A stretch of DNA of 62,720 nt from Nitriliruptorales bacterium (GTDB taxonomy: Bacteria > Actinomycetota > Nitriliruptoria > Euzebyales > JAHELV01). Position numbers and translations under genes: made by a program. Location of the stretch: contig JAHELV010000020.1 in assembly GCA_024644015.1 (NCBI GenBank), positions 1-62,720 on the forward strand, read 5' to 3'. Positions within the stretch are counted from its first letter, which is position 1. Every line of letters starts with the position of its first letter. The notes below the pieces were generated by a model that was not told the DNA's origin, searched no databases, and worked only from the letters and a program-made list of their open reading frames with translations. Below, piece by piece: positions 48,801 to 57,056 of the stretch.

Positions 48801-49688
48801 GTCGGCGTCTCGCAGGCCCACTACGTGCTCGCCTCGGTGCACCTGCGAGCCGGTCGCACCGCGGAGCTGGAGGAGATCGGTCGCCGAGGGATCGAGAACG
48901 CGCGTCGCACCGGTGATCTCCGCGAACGACTGGGCGCCCCCTGGTGGGTCATCTTCGCCATGCTCGCCGGACCGACGCCGGTCCCCGCATGCATCCGCAC
49001 GATCGAAGAAATCGCCGACGTCGGCGGGCTCACCCACCTCGGGGCGCTCGCCGCGCTCGGGCACTTCAAAGCGATGATCGGTCAGTTCGAGGAAGGACGG
49101 CGACTCGTAGCACGCGCAGGGGAGCTGCTGCGCGAGCGAATACGCATCCCCCGGCCACTGGCATTCATCGGTGAGCGCAGCGCCGGGATCGAACAGCTGG
49201 CCGGACAGCCCGACGCGGCGGCCCACGCCCTTCGTAGGGCCCTCGACTTCGCACATCGGGTGTCCGACCGCGAGCAGACCAGTCACCTGGCGGCGCTGCT
49301 CTCACTGCAGCTCGCGGACCTCGGCGGGAGCGAAGAGGCCTACCGCGCCGCCCAGATCGCGTCACGAGCCGCGCCGGCCGAGAGCGTCACCTCACAGGCC
49401 CTGGCAAGGGTGGCGACGTCCCGGACCACGCCGGGCGCCCACCACGTGAAGCAGGCGGAGGCATCGATCCACTACGCCATCAGCATGGTTCCAGATGGCA
49501 TGCTCGACCTGCGGGCACTTCTGCACGCCAACCTCGCCAAGGTTGTGGCCAGCGCCGGTCGCGACCATGAAGCGCGAGACCTCATTGACGAGGCGGTCGG
49601 CCTGTATCGACGCAAGGGCAACCTGGTCGCCGCGCAGCACACGGCCGATCTCCCCGCCAGCGGCGCTCCGCGCGCGCGACCCAACTGA
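45861..49688 (+). CDS. AfsR/SARP-type regulator: wHTH-BTAD + class III cyclase + STAND AAA ATPase + helical repeats
   Basis: LLGP...YVSVLRK, ALRLWRGPALAD, GRQADAL, TVVFVD...VGD...HEDDAARAVRAA, GEAGIGKS, VVEDAHWAE, GNPLFLEQ. Confidence 0.9.
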   Translation: MKVRLLGPTEVVGDDGRLVALPRGLARSLLGLLALQPGAVLSTDRLVDALWGAQPPATATTALQGYVSVLRKRLEPNRSRGEAANILVTHPPGYVLAIDSDRVDTERFRRLVGEAMGASQREKAQRLRAALRLWRGPALADFVYEPFAQTPIAALDQLRLTALQARIDADLQLGRHADVVAELETLVAEHPLHEGFCGHLMLALYWCGRQADALQVYRDARERLIDEHGIEPGPRLQRLERAILDHDPTLAVSTAVQVPDTADAAHHASGAWLDDGGRRTVTVVFVDCSVVASTAGGRADPEVMQSIVAQGHRAVRVAVERHGGSIQGAVGDVLAVVFGLPVAHEDDAARAVRAAVAIRGELARVNGQAETDHGLALAGRIGIDTGEVVVTDSAVDGTAVTGSPVAQAARLQQAAGDDEVLLADTTRRLVQGIAFTEPAAGTGVSRLVDVVEGPPRFVAPDGALVGRDHEFAELVDVLDTTVRDGQASMVTVFGEAGIGKSRLAQAFTDDIEDGRVVVGRCRAYGDGITFWPLREIVADLAGATGDGLTEMLAGQPDGSSNAAQIAAAVGLREDAVDRPAELFPAFRQLFEAAARDRPLVAVVEDAHWAEPTLLDLVEYLAATVRGPVLWLCLARPDLLTRRPEWGSELAAPRIRLERLLTPDARRLVIDRLGGRPLASETMGHILAMGQGNPLFLEQLLAAAHDQSELRLPPTVDALLSARLDQLGPAEKDVLRAASVIGTDVPRDALAALMPTEARAHLERHLTALTAKTLIRLWHRDASDAGGFDFNHVLIQQAAYRSLTRSARAELHERLATWLESDRDPQPTDAEELVGRHLEQAFRHARELGRSDVETARLAIRAGERLASAGLRAYARFDVPAAQNLLARARDLLPADHDARPRVLRRLAEAYPVMGHRDEAEQVFAELLALANDTRSDVEVRSVRLEHARFRLITGPDPIPLATIQADAEEALHAFQQAGHDVGVSQAHYVLASVHLRAGRTAELEEIGRRGIENARRTGDLRERLGAPWWVIFAMLAGPTPVPACIRTIEEIADVGGLTHLGALAALGHFKAMIGQFEEGRRLVARAGELLRERIRIPRPLAFIGERSAGIEQLAGQPDAAAHALRRALDFAHRVSDREQTSHLAALLSLQLADLGGSEEAYRAAQIASRAAPAESVTSQALARVATSRTTPGAHHVKQAEASIHYAISMVPDGMLDLRALLHANLAKVVASAGRDHEARDLIDEAVGLYRRKGNLVAAQHTADLPASGAPRARPN

Positions 49689-49836
49689 CTCGTCGGACCA
49701 CACCCGCTGACAGCGTCGCGCGCCACCGCGCCAGGCCTGGTCAGCCGAAGCGCTCCGCCGCCCGACGCAGCAGCCCAGCGGTCCTGCTATGCAACAAACC
49801 CTCAACCGCCGTCCCACCACGTATACGCCGGGCTAG

Positions 49837-50499
49837 TCATGTGGTGCGTGCGAGGTGCAGCAGTCTGCCCCCGAGGACAGCGGTGCACGTGACCCACAGC
49901 GCAAGTGCGGACCAGTTGAGCAGGCCCCACCACGGGTGCAGCGGCGCGCTCTCGGGCAACGCCAACAACGAGTGGATCGGGATCACGACCAGGATCGCGA
50001 TGCCCGTCGTGCGCGCGTATCCGGCGAGGCTGTGCCACCTTGAGTCCTGGGTCATCCCGCGTCCCAGCACGATCAGCCCGATCCCGGCGGCCAGGAACGT
50101 GATGGCGAAGTGCACCGGCACCGGGTCCGTGACCCCGGCCAGCACCGGCCCCACGCCGCTCAGCGCCAGCAGGGCCGGGCCGAGCGCGCCCCACCGATTC
50201 GGGCGCACGCCGTGTAGGAGCCCGATCGCAACGGCGATCACGGAGATTCCGAGGACGATGAAGTTGACGTCCTGCACCCATGCGTTCGGTCCGGACATCA
50301 GCGCGGGGACCGGGTTGGCGACGAAGCTGTACCCGGGCCTGATCACCCCGAGCAGGACTGCGACCACCACCGAGACGACGATGCCGACAGTGCCGACGGC
50401 GGCGAGCGCGACGATCTGCTGACGCCTTTGTGGGTCGTCGATGGTCTTGTCGCGCTGCCGTTGCAGAGGGCGGGTCTGTGCCTTGTGTGGTGCGCTCAT
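49837..50499 (-). CDS. DUF998-like membrane protein
   Basis: RPGYS...ALMSGPNAWVQDVNF, TDP, multiple TM helices. Confidence 0.7.
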   Translation of the reverse strand: MSAPHKAQTRPLQRQRDKTIDDPQRRQQIVALAAVGTVGIVVSVVVAVLLGVIRPGYSFVANPVPALMSGPNAWVQDVNFIVLGISVIAVAIGLLHGVRPNRWGALGPALLALSGVGPVLAGVTDPVPVHFAITFLAAGIGLIVLGRGMTQDSRWHSLAGYARTTGIAILVVIPIHSLLALPESAPLHPWWGLLNWSALALWVTCTAVLGGRLLHLARTT

Positions 50500-50524
50500 C
50501 ACTGTCTCCTCTCGACGATGGCGG

Positions 50525-51661
50525 CTAGGCGGACTCCAGTTGTTCGTGCTGCTCGGCGACCGGTCGATCACCGTCGCGTTGCGCGTGTCGAGCCGCGATC
50601 GCGTCGGCGATGTGCGCGGTGTCTCGTCCCAGGCCGTGGATCTGTTCGGATGAGCGTGCGTAGAGGAACTTGAGGCCCAGGAAGTACAGCCCGGGCATCT
50701 CGTCAACGACGCCACGGTCGTGTACGGGCTCTTGGGCGCCGAATATCGGCAGGTCGATCCAGGAGAACCCTGGGTGGAACCCGGTGCACCACACGACGTT
50801 GGCGACATCGACACGACGGCCATCTTCGAGTTGGGGTTGTCCGTTCTGGACGCCGGTGACTCGGCCAACACGTTCGACGCCGGCTTCTGCCAGGTCCTTC
50901 GGCTTGACCCGCAGCAAGGGCTCACCGGTGGACACCATCCTGGGTCGGGCCCTTCGTCCGATCGGCGTGCTGGTGGTCAGCACGCGGTGGAAGATGATCC
51001 GTCCGATGATCGGCATGAGGATCCGTGCAGGCACGCTTTCTGGTCGGAACGGGATGACGCCGGTGTCGGGTCCGGAAAGCCACACGTCGTGGGTCCTGGC
51101 CAGCTCGTTGGCGACCTCTGCGCCCGAGTTGCCGGCGCCGACCACAAGGACGCCTCCGTGTTGGAGCTGACCGGGCCCGGCGTAGTCGGCGACATGCAGC
51201 TGGACGATGCCCGGATCGAGCTTGCCGGCGAACTCCGGCACCCGGGGACGCTGCCAGCTCGACATCGCGACCACCACGTTGTCGGCCTCGAACCGCCGAT
51301 CTCCGGCAGCCGCCACGAAGCGGTCGCCGTCTCGGGACAGTCTGTCCGCCCGCAGACCGGTCTCGACGTGAATGTCGAACCGCCGGGCGTAGGACTCCAG
51401 GTAGTCAGCAAACTCGTCTTTGCTCGGGAACCCCCAGTGGTAGCCGGGAAACGGCATGCCGGGAAGCCCGTTCAGCCGATTGGGGGTGAACAGCCGCAGG
51501 GAATCCCACCGGTTGCGCCAGGCGTCGCCGATCCGGCCATTAGCGTCGATGATCGCGTATGGGAGGCCGGCCCGGGACAGCTGGTAGCCCATGGCGAGCC
51601 CAGCCTGTCCCCCGCCGATGACGAGCGTCTCCACGTAGGCGTCTCCTGGTCGGTCGGTCAT
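50525..51661 (-). CDS. Flavin-containing NAD(P)H oxidoreductase (CzcO/ArsO-like)
   Basis: IGGGQAGL, WRNRWDSLRLFTP, VGAGNSG, VWCTGF, GLYFLG. Confidence 0.88.
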   Translation of the reverse strand: MTDRPGDAYVETLVIGGGQAGLAMGYQLSRAGLPYAIIDANGRIGDAWRNRWDSLRLFTPNRLNGLPGMPFPGYHWGFPSKDEFADYLESYARRFDIHVETGLRADRLSRDGDRFVAAAGDRRFEADNVVVAMSSWQRPRVPEFAGKLDPGIVQLHVADYAGPGQLQHGGVLVVGAGNSGAEVANELARTHDVWLSGPDTGVIPFRPESVPARILMPIIGRIIFHRVLTTSTPIGRRARPRMVSTGEPLLRVKPKDLAEAGVERVGRVTGVQNGQPQLEDGRRVDVANVVWCTGFHPGFSWIDLPIFGAQEPVHDRGVVDEMPGLYFLGLKFLYARSSEQIHGLGRDTAHIADAIAARHAQRDGDRPVAEQHEQLESA

Positions 51662-51697
51662 GTCGTTGCCTCCCGTGGTAACGCGGCTCGATCGTTG

Positions 51698-51743
51698 ATA
51701 CTCCAGATTGGAGCATGTTATACTCTAATGTGGAGTATGTCAA
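51698..51743. promoter_or_regulatory. Tandem PadR-type operators overlapping a minus-strand promoter (TTGACA-17-TAACAT)
   Basis: ATACTCCAGATTGGAGCAT and ATACTCTAATGTGGAGTAT. Confidence 0.7.
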
Positions 51744-51774
51744 GGTGTACGCGGGCGCATATCGAGGGGCAGCA

Positions 51775-52455
51775 ATGAATGATCGACTGACGACCACCTC
51801 GTACGCGGTGCTGACGCAGGTCGCCGTGCGACCCTGGTCCTCGTACGAGCTGGCGCAGCAACGTGTGCGCTACTTCCGCTACGTCTGGCCTCGAGCCGAG
51901 AGCGCCATCTACCGGGAAGTCAAGCGGCTGGCGTCGATGGGACTGCTCGACGGCCGCAAGGAGTACACCGGGAGGCGGTCCCGAACGATCTACTCGATCA
52001 CCGACGATGGCAACGAGGCGCTACGGGAATGGCTGGGCACGCCGGTCGCGCCGTTCTCGATGGACTTCGAGGCGATCCTGCGCCTGTTCATCGCTCCTTT
52101 GGGAACCAAGGACGACATCACGAGCACGCTCAAGCAGGTCCGCGCGGATACCCAGGAGATGCTTCGATTCGCCGGTGAGGTCAAACAGGAGTTCATCGAC
52201 GGCATCAACCCCACACAAGATCAGATCTACCTCAGAGCGCTGCCGGTCGACTTCTTCATCAGCTTGCTCAACACCGTCGACGCATGGGTCGACCGCACTC
52301 TCGCAGAGATCGAAACCTGGGACGATCTCATGGCCTCGGAAGAGAAGAACAGCAGAGCGCTCGAGAAGATCCGTCACATGCCCGTCGACACCCCAGACGA
52401 GCCACTCAAGGACATCTCAAAGCCTCCCGAGAGCCAGACGCTACGGCGCTCCTGA
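51775..52455 (+). CDS. PadR/AphA-family transcriptional regulator
   Basis: SSYEL...ESAIYREVKRL...YSITDDGNEALREWL. Confidence 0.88.
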   Translation: MNDRLTTTSYAVLTQVAVRPWSSYELAQQRVRYFRYVWPRAESAIYREVKRLASMGLLDGRKEYTGRRSRTIYSITDDGNEALREWLGTPVAPFSMDFEAILRLFIAPLGTKDDITSTLKQVRADTQEMLRFAGEVKQEFIDGINPTQDQIYLRALPVDFFISLLNTVDAWVDRTLAEIETWDDLMASEEKNSRALEKIRHMPVDTPDEPLKDISKPPESQTLRRS

Positions 52456-52744
52456 GTGTCCGCCCCGCGTGCGACCGCAGGTGTTACCCAGCGTCCGACG
52501 GCGCGCGGCACGGGTCATCGGGAGCCCCGGTTGCGTCACGGTCGGCTCGACCGTTCGGCAGCGCCGGCTACCCCAATCGCCGACCTTGGGCGGGCGCTCG
52601 AGCCGCCTCACTGCACGTCCGTGGTCGGCTGGGACGTGAAGACCGCTGGGTGGTGACGGGCGCTGCGGGGTGTCATAGGTCTTGATCGCCATCGTCGCGT
52701 CGGACTCGAAGCCGATCGCGCTCCGGTCGCGTTCTTGTCCAAGT

Positions 52745-52781
52745 TCGGGAGTCGCAGGTTCGAGTCCTTCCGGGGGCACCA
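52745..52781 (+). repeat. Duplicated tRNA-Arg 3' end (attR-like), ending in CCA
   Basis: TCGGGAGTCGCAGGTTCGAGTCCTTCCGGGGGCACCA; no 5' half. Confidence 0.85.
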
Positions 52782-52868
52782 TCGCGAGGCCGGCCGACGA
52801 AGGAGGAGACGACGGCAACACGGTCGGCACACGCGAAGCAGCATCGCAGTAGGTCGGAAGGGCCGGAC

Positions 52869-53381
52869 ATGGTGCTATCGACGCCTCGATTGACCCTCCG
52901 CAGGCTGACCATGGACGATCTACAGGCCTTTCACGACGTGTGGAGCGACCCTGAAGTGATCTTCTGGGGCGAGATGTCAGATGTCGGCGCCTCCCGCGCG
53001 ATGCTGAACAGCGTGATCGAGCGACGACTTGACGGGGTGGACGAATCCGGCTGGTTCGGTGTATTTCGCTCTCGAGATATGCAATTCGTTGGCGACGTCG
53101 TCCTCGAACCAGCCTCGTGGGACAGCAGCTGCGTCGAGGTCGGGTGGCACCTGTCCCGCATCTTTCAGCACCACGGCTACGCCACCGAAGCAGCACAAGC
53201 GCTCCTTGCCCACTCGGCACGCAGCGGTGTGCGGGAGGTATGGGCCAAGATCCTCCCGACGAACCATGCGTCGCAGCGGGTGGCGATGCGTCTCCAGCTG
53301 GTTCGTGCTGGGCATCTCGATCACCCGTTGGGCGAACACGACCTCTGGCGAAGGGTCCTGATCCCAGCGGCACAGCCGTAG
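52869..53381 (+). CDS. RimJ/RimL-type GNAT acetyltransferase
   Basis: TPRLTLRRL, EVGWHL...HHGYATEAA, NHASQRVA. Confidence 0.88.
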   Translation: MVLSTPRLTLRRLTMDDLQAFHDVWSDPEVIFWGEMSDVGASRAMLNSVIERRLDGVDESGWFGVFRSRDMQFVGDVVLEPASWDSSCVEVGWHLSRIFQHHGYATEAAQALLAHSARSGVREVWAKILPTNHASQRVAMRLQLVRAGHLDHPLGEHDLWRRVLIPAAQP

Positions 53382-53389
53382 GGTCCTGC

Positions 53390-53459
53390 CAACAGCGGAG
53401 GACCACCCGAGAACCCCGGATGTCCACTGGAAGGCCGTCGACTCACGTCCGCTCTGTTG
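53390..53459 (+). repeat. Unnamed intergenic repeat, copy 4 (core 53399-53425) within a 70-bp imperfect palindrome
   Basis: CAACAGCGGAGGACCACCCGAGAACCCCGGATGTCC...GTCCGCTCTGTTG; core 23/27 identical to 44280-44306. Confidence 0.65.
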
Positions 53460-53478
53460 CGACACGTAGCCCGCGCTG

Positions 53479-53934
53479 TCACCGGCCGCGCTTGACGTTC
53501 GTGGCGTTGGATCGTGATGGAGTGCCAGGCTGCGGCCGGACGACCGGCCCGATGACGGTCATGTCCGGCTCCGCGGCAGCGTCGCTGGAGAACCGCTGCG
53601 CCAGCGCCGCTCTGATTTCAACATGGCGAAGCAGGAAGGCACGCTCGTCGAGCCGTCGTCGTCGCAGCCAGCCGATGACTTCGTGGTTGCACTTGCTGGC
53701 GTTGCAGGAGCGGCAGGCCGGCACGATGTTGTCGAGGGTGTAACGCCCGCCCCGCGACAGAGGCAGTACGCAGTCGCGCTGCAAGGCCTCGTCGGTCCCT
53801 CCGCAGTAGGCGCAGCCGCCCCATGCCTCCTCGAGCGCGACCCACTGCTCGACACTCAGGTCATGCTCGACGCGGTCCATCCTGCGCTTGCGCCGCCGAG
53901 CGGCCCTCGCCCGACGGCTCCGGTTGACCGCCAT
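53479..53934 (-). CDS. HNH endonuclease family protein (variant, DC in place of DH)
   Basis: CAYCG...QRDCVLPLSRGG...NIVPACRSCNASK. Confidence 0.85.
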   Translation of the reverse strand: MAVNRSRRARAARRRKRRMDRVEHDLSVEQWVALEEAWGGCAYCGGTDEALQRDCVLPLSRGGRYTLDNIVPACRSCNASKCNHEVIGWLRRRRLDERAFLLRHVEIRAALAQRFSSDAAAEPDMTVIGPVVRPQPGTPSRSNATNVKRGR

Positions 53935-54152
53935 GGAACTTAGCGTATGGCACCGCGAGCAACCCCCGCCGGAACCCAACCGTCGGTCGGGGCGCTTGCG
54001 AACGTCGTACGCGGGGAGGTCGATGACCGCTCAGGGGTCCGGCATCTGCGCGGCGGGGTCCATCCGGGGATCCGGACCGACAATCGGTCGTGCTGATTCA
54101 ACCTCGGGAGTTTCGACCGCACTCGTCCGGCACTGCCGTCATTGAAGTCATG

Positions 54153-54638
54153 TCAGCCCGAGGCGGCCTGGTTCATGCGGTTGAGGACCCAGTCGGTCTC
54201 CTCATCGTGCCGCTTGGCCACACGATCCGCGCGGGTCAATTGCTTCGCCGTCGCCTTCTCGTAGTCTCGCAGACTGCCCATCATGCAGTCCGGATCATCA
54301 CCACAACGGCGATTTGCTTTGTCCGCCTGTGTGTCGATCCTGTCGAATCGCCGCTCCAACGTCTCCAGCTCGGCTTCCTGCCGCCGCACCAGCGCATCCA
54401 TGGCCACGCCGAGCGCGTCCACCTGGACGTTGGCGGGATCGGTCGGCGCATCACTCGCCGGCCCCCGGTCAGCGATGTCGAGGTCGCCGACGACAGCCTC
54501 CACCTCGGCGATCGTCTCACGGAAGAGAGTCTCCGCTTCGGTCGCTGAAGGGGACGCGGCGACGGTGTCATCCGTGGCGGTTCCGCCGCTGCAGCCCGCG
54601 ACGACCACCATGGCGACGACGAGCAGGCGCTTCATCAC
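54153..54638 (-). CDS. Hypothetical lipoprotein, helical
   Basis: MMKRLLVVAMVVVAGC lipobox. Confidence 0.65.
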   Translation of the reverse strand: MMKRLLVVAMVVVAGCSGGTATDDTVAASPSATEAETLFRETIAEVEAVVGDLDIADRGPASDAPTDPANVQVDALGVAMDALVRRQEAELETLERRFDRIDTQADKANRRCGDDPDCMMGSLRDYEKATAKQLTRADRVAKRHDEETDWVLNRMNQAASG

Positions 54639-54786
54639 GACCCCCGAACCAGCCGACGGCCGAACGGTAGTCGGCTCTCAGTGGACACAGCACCGGGGGT
54701 CGAACGCCTTGTGTTCGGCCGTACGTGCGGCCAACTGATCGCGGCCCTCGCGGCGCGCGGTCCACCCGATCCACACCATCGCACAG

Positions 54787-54810
54787 CAGCGTTACGACAG
54801 CGTTACGACA
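54787..54810. promoter_or_regulatory. Perfect 11-bp direct repeat, possible winged-helix regulator site
   Basis: CAGCGTTACGA x2 + CA. Confidence 0.5.
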
Positions 54811-54839
54811 CCCGCGTGCCCATGTCCGCGAAGCGCGGG

Positions 54840-55373
54840 TCAGCCATGGTGCTCATGTCCATCGCCGTGCGGATCGGCATGGGCCACCGACGCCAGCTTG
54901 TGCGCCCAGACCTGCAGACCCAACATCGCCGAGACGTAGTCGCGGGCGTGCTGACCGTCCCGGTCGGCTTTGGCCTTGGCGTCCAGCATCCGTTCGAACC
55001 GCTGTCCGATCTCCTCGCCGACGATCTGTCTCAGCAGATCGACCAACGGCTGCGGGTCTTCGTCGATGATCGCTCGCTCGGCCACGGGGATGACCGGTCC
55101 GGTGTCCAGCCCTGCCGGCTTCAGCCCCGTGAACGGCGCTCCCTCACCAGCCCGGTGGCAACGCACCACCGTCTCGAAGAACCAGCGGTCGGCCACGGCC
55201 CGAGCCTCCGGCCCCTGTGTCCGCGCCCTGAGCGTCGACGCGAACGCTTCCTCGATCTCGATCTCCGCATCCAGCGGGACGTAGGGCAGGACGATCGTTA
55301 CGTGCTCGCTTTCCAACGCTCGGCGAGCAGCAACTACCACGGGACCGTCCAAGGCATCACAGTGAGGAGGCAC
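54840..55373 (-). CDS. DUF6448-like protein
   Basis: GAAAGGA RBS + GTG; PPHCDALDGPVV, FFETVVRCHRAGEGAPFTGLKPAG, His-rich tail. Confidence 0.75.
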   Translation of the reverse strand: MPPHCDALDGPVVVAARRALESEHVTIVLPYVPLDAEIEIEEAFASTLRARTQGPEARAVADRWFFETVVRCHRAGEGAPFTGLKPAGLDTGPVIPVAERAIIDEDPQPLVDLLRQIVGEEIGQRFERMLDAKAKADRDGQHARDYVSAMLGLQVWAHKLASVAHADPHGDGHEHHG

Positions 55374-55936
55374 CGCCGTTCCTTTCACCGAGGGGGGACC
55401 GCCATGTGTCGCGATCACAACCATGGCACACGGACCCAACGCGTCCAGAGTCCTCCGGCCCACTCGAACGGGCGGAACGGCCTTTCCGGACCTGCGATGC
55501 CCTCGCTCGATGCCCCAAGGTGTCCGCGCTCGATCAGTGGCCAATCGATGCCGGCTCGGCTGGCCAAGGACAATGCCGTCCTAGGCGGACAATAGCGCTT
55601 GCACTCAAGCGCACCAGCAGGCTGTCCTCGGCCAACTGGAGTCCGCTCAGCGCCGCACGCCGTGGTGAGCAACGTGGACGGCTCGTTTCACATCGCCGGA
55701 CAGTAGACAACCCGTGGCACGCTGGCCATGATGAGCCGGTCGCCGGTGAGAGGCGACTGAGGGGTTGCTATGGCGCGGACGAGATGCGTCACCGGCGTCG
55801 CCCGATCGGATGCGACGGTTCGGGATGGCAGGGGTCGACCCATCCCACGGATCCCGCGGCACGGTGGAGCGGATTGCTCGTGGATGCGGGCGTGTCGCCC
55901 TTCGTGGATTGGCCTTGGCGACGAAAAGGAGGAGTC

Positions 55937-56434
55937 ATGCGCAAGAGCGCCATCACCCTACTTGTCCTATTGCTGATGCTGCCGGCGGGCGCGGCACTGG
56001 CCGACCCCCCGAAGCTGGGGGTTCCACCGGTGCCGGCGGACGACTCCTTCGTTGTGCCCAATTGCGGATTCGATGTGCAGATAGACGTGACCGGCAAGGT
56101 GGGCGAGATCGACTTCGGCGACTCGATCCGTCTCATCGCTCCAGGCGAGACGGTGACGTTGACGAACCGCGGCAATGGCAACGCGACGACGGTCAACGTC
56201 GCCGGTCCAGGCCGCCTCACCGAGGTGGCCAACCCGGACGGCGGATTCACATCCACGCTCAGAGGGACCGGGAACTGGCTGGTCTTCAATATCGATGATC
56301 CGAGCGATCCCATCAAGCACGTCACCGGGCGGTTCACGATCATCGCGACCTTCGATGCGAACGGCGCGTTCGTGACCGCCGACGAGGACTTCGGTAGGGC
56401 CCGTGTGGTTAACCTCTGTGAGGTCCTGAGGTGA
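55937..56434 (+). CDS. Secreted hypothetical protein
   Basis: AAGGAGGAG RBS, signal peptide ending ALA, two Cys (CGF...NLC). Confidence 0.75.
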   Translation: MRKSAITLLVLLLMLPAGAALADPPKLGVPPVPADDSFVVPNCGFDVQIDVTGKVGEIDFGDSIRLIAPGETVTLTNRGNGNATTVNVAGPGRLTEVANPDGGFTSTLRGTGNWLVFNIDDPSDPIKHVTGRFTIIATFDANGAFVTADEDFGRARVVNLCEVLR

Positions 56435-56785
56435 TTCGGGGCGGAGGGCGCGGTTGCCGACGGTTCGCGTGGGCCGCTGCGGTGATTGGGTGTGAGTCAC
56501 CGCCGACCAACGACGGGTCAGCCGACTGACTTCGCTCCGTAGCCGGCAGGCTGGTGGTGGCTGCGCTGCTCGGCGGGGTCGAGGCGTTCGGCGCGTCGAT
56601 TTTCACACGGTGCTGGTCACCGGTCTGCTGTTCGCCCTCGCGCCGGTGAGTCGTTGGCTGCCGTCCAGGGCACCGAGGCCGCCGCGCCCCGACGCTGACG
56701 CTTCATCCGGGGATGACGAGGATGGCCCGTGAAGTCGACGAGATGTGGATCGTGTGGCCGGACCGGCGAACACGATCCACTCAGC

Positions 56786-56992
56786 TCAGCGCCACTCGGG
56801 ATGGTGGCTCAAGCGGTAGCCGGTGGCGTCGCAGCCCAGGCCAACTGACAGCGCCTCGTACAGCGGCTGCACAGTCGCGCCCCGACGTGTTCCACGGTGA
56901 CCGGACACACGACGGCGACGCCGCCCCACGGTCCGGGAGCCCACCGCCGCGTGCGTGGCGGCGGCCGTCGTCTCTTTGGATGCCAAACTCAT
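56786..56992 (-). pseudogene. Relic of gene divergent from TetR
   Basis: AAAGGA RBS + ATG at 56992; ORF degrades after about 20 codons. Confidence 0.35.
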
Positions 56993-57009
56993 GTCGTTCG
57001 TCCTTTGGG

Positions 57010-57053
57010 TACACTGATCTGTGTAATGCGGACACAGTACACAGGTCGGTGTA
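57010..57053. promoter_or_regulatory. Two TetR operators
   Basis: TACACTGATCTGTGTA and TACACAGGTCGGTGTA (TACAC-N6-GTGTA). Confidence 0.75.
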
Positions 57054-57056
57054 GTC

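Larger units (their letters stand above)
39718..52779. mobile_element. Degenerate genomic island at tRNA-Arg(CCT), no integrase seen
   Basis: 35-bp direct repeat 39718-39752 / 52745-52779 (33/35); accessory cargo and several relics inside. Confidence 0.7.

Noticed and set aside
52745..52781. Third functional tRNA
   Set aside because: No D-arm or 5' acceptor strand; treated as an att copy
54759..54769. Further partial matches to the unnamed repeat (GGTCCACCCGA; also GGACCACACCCG near 49697)
   Set aside because: Left half only, too short to separate from chance
56703..56716. TCATCCGGGGATGA dyad
   Set aside because: Could be a NarL-type site, but no credible target gene lies next to it
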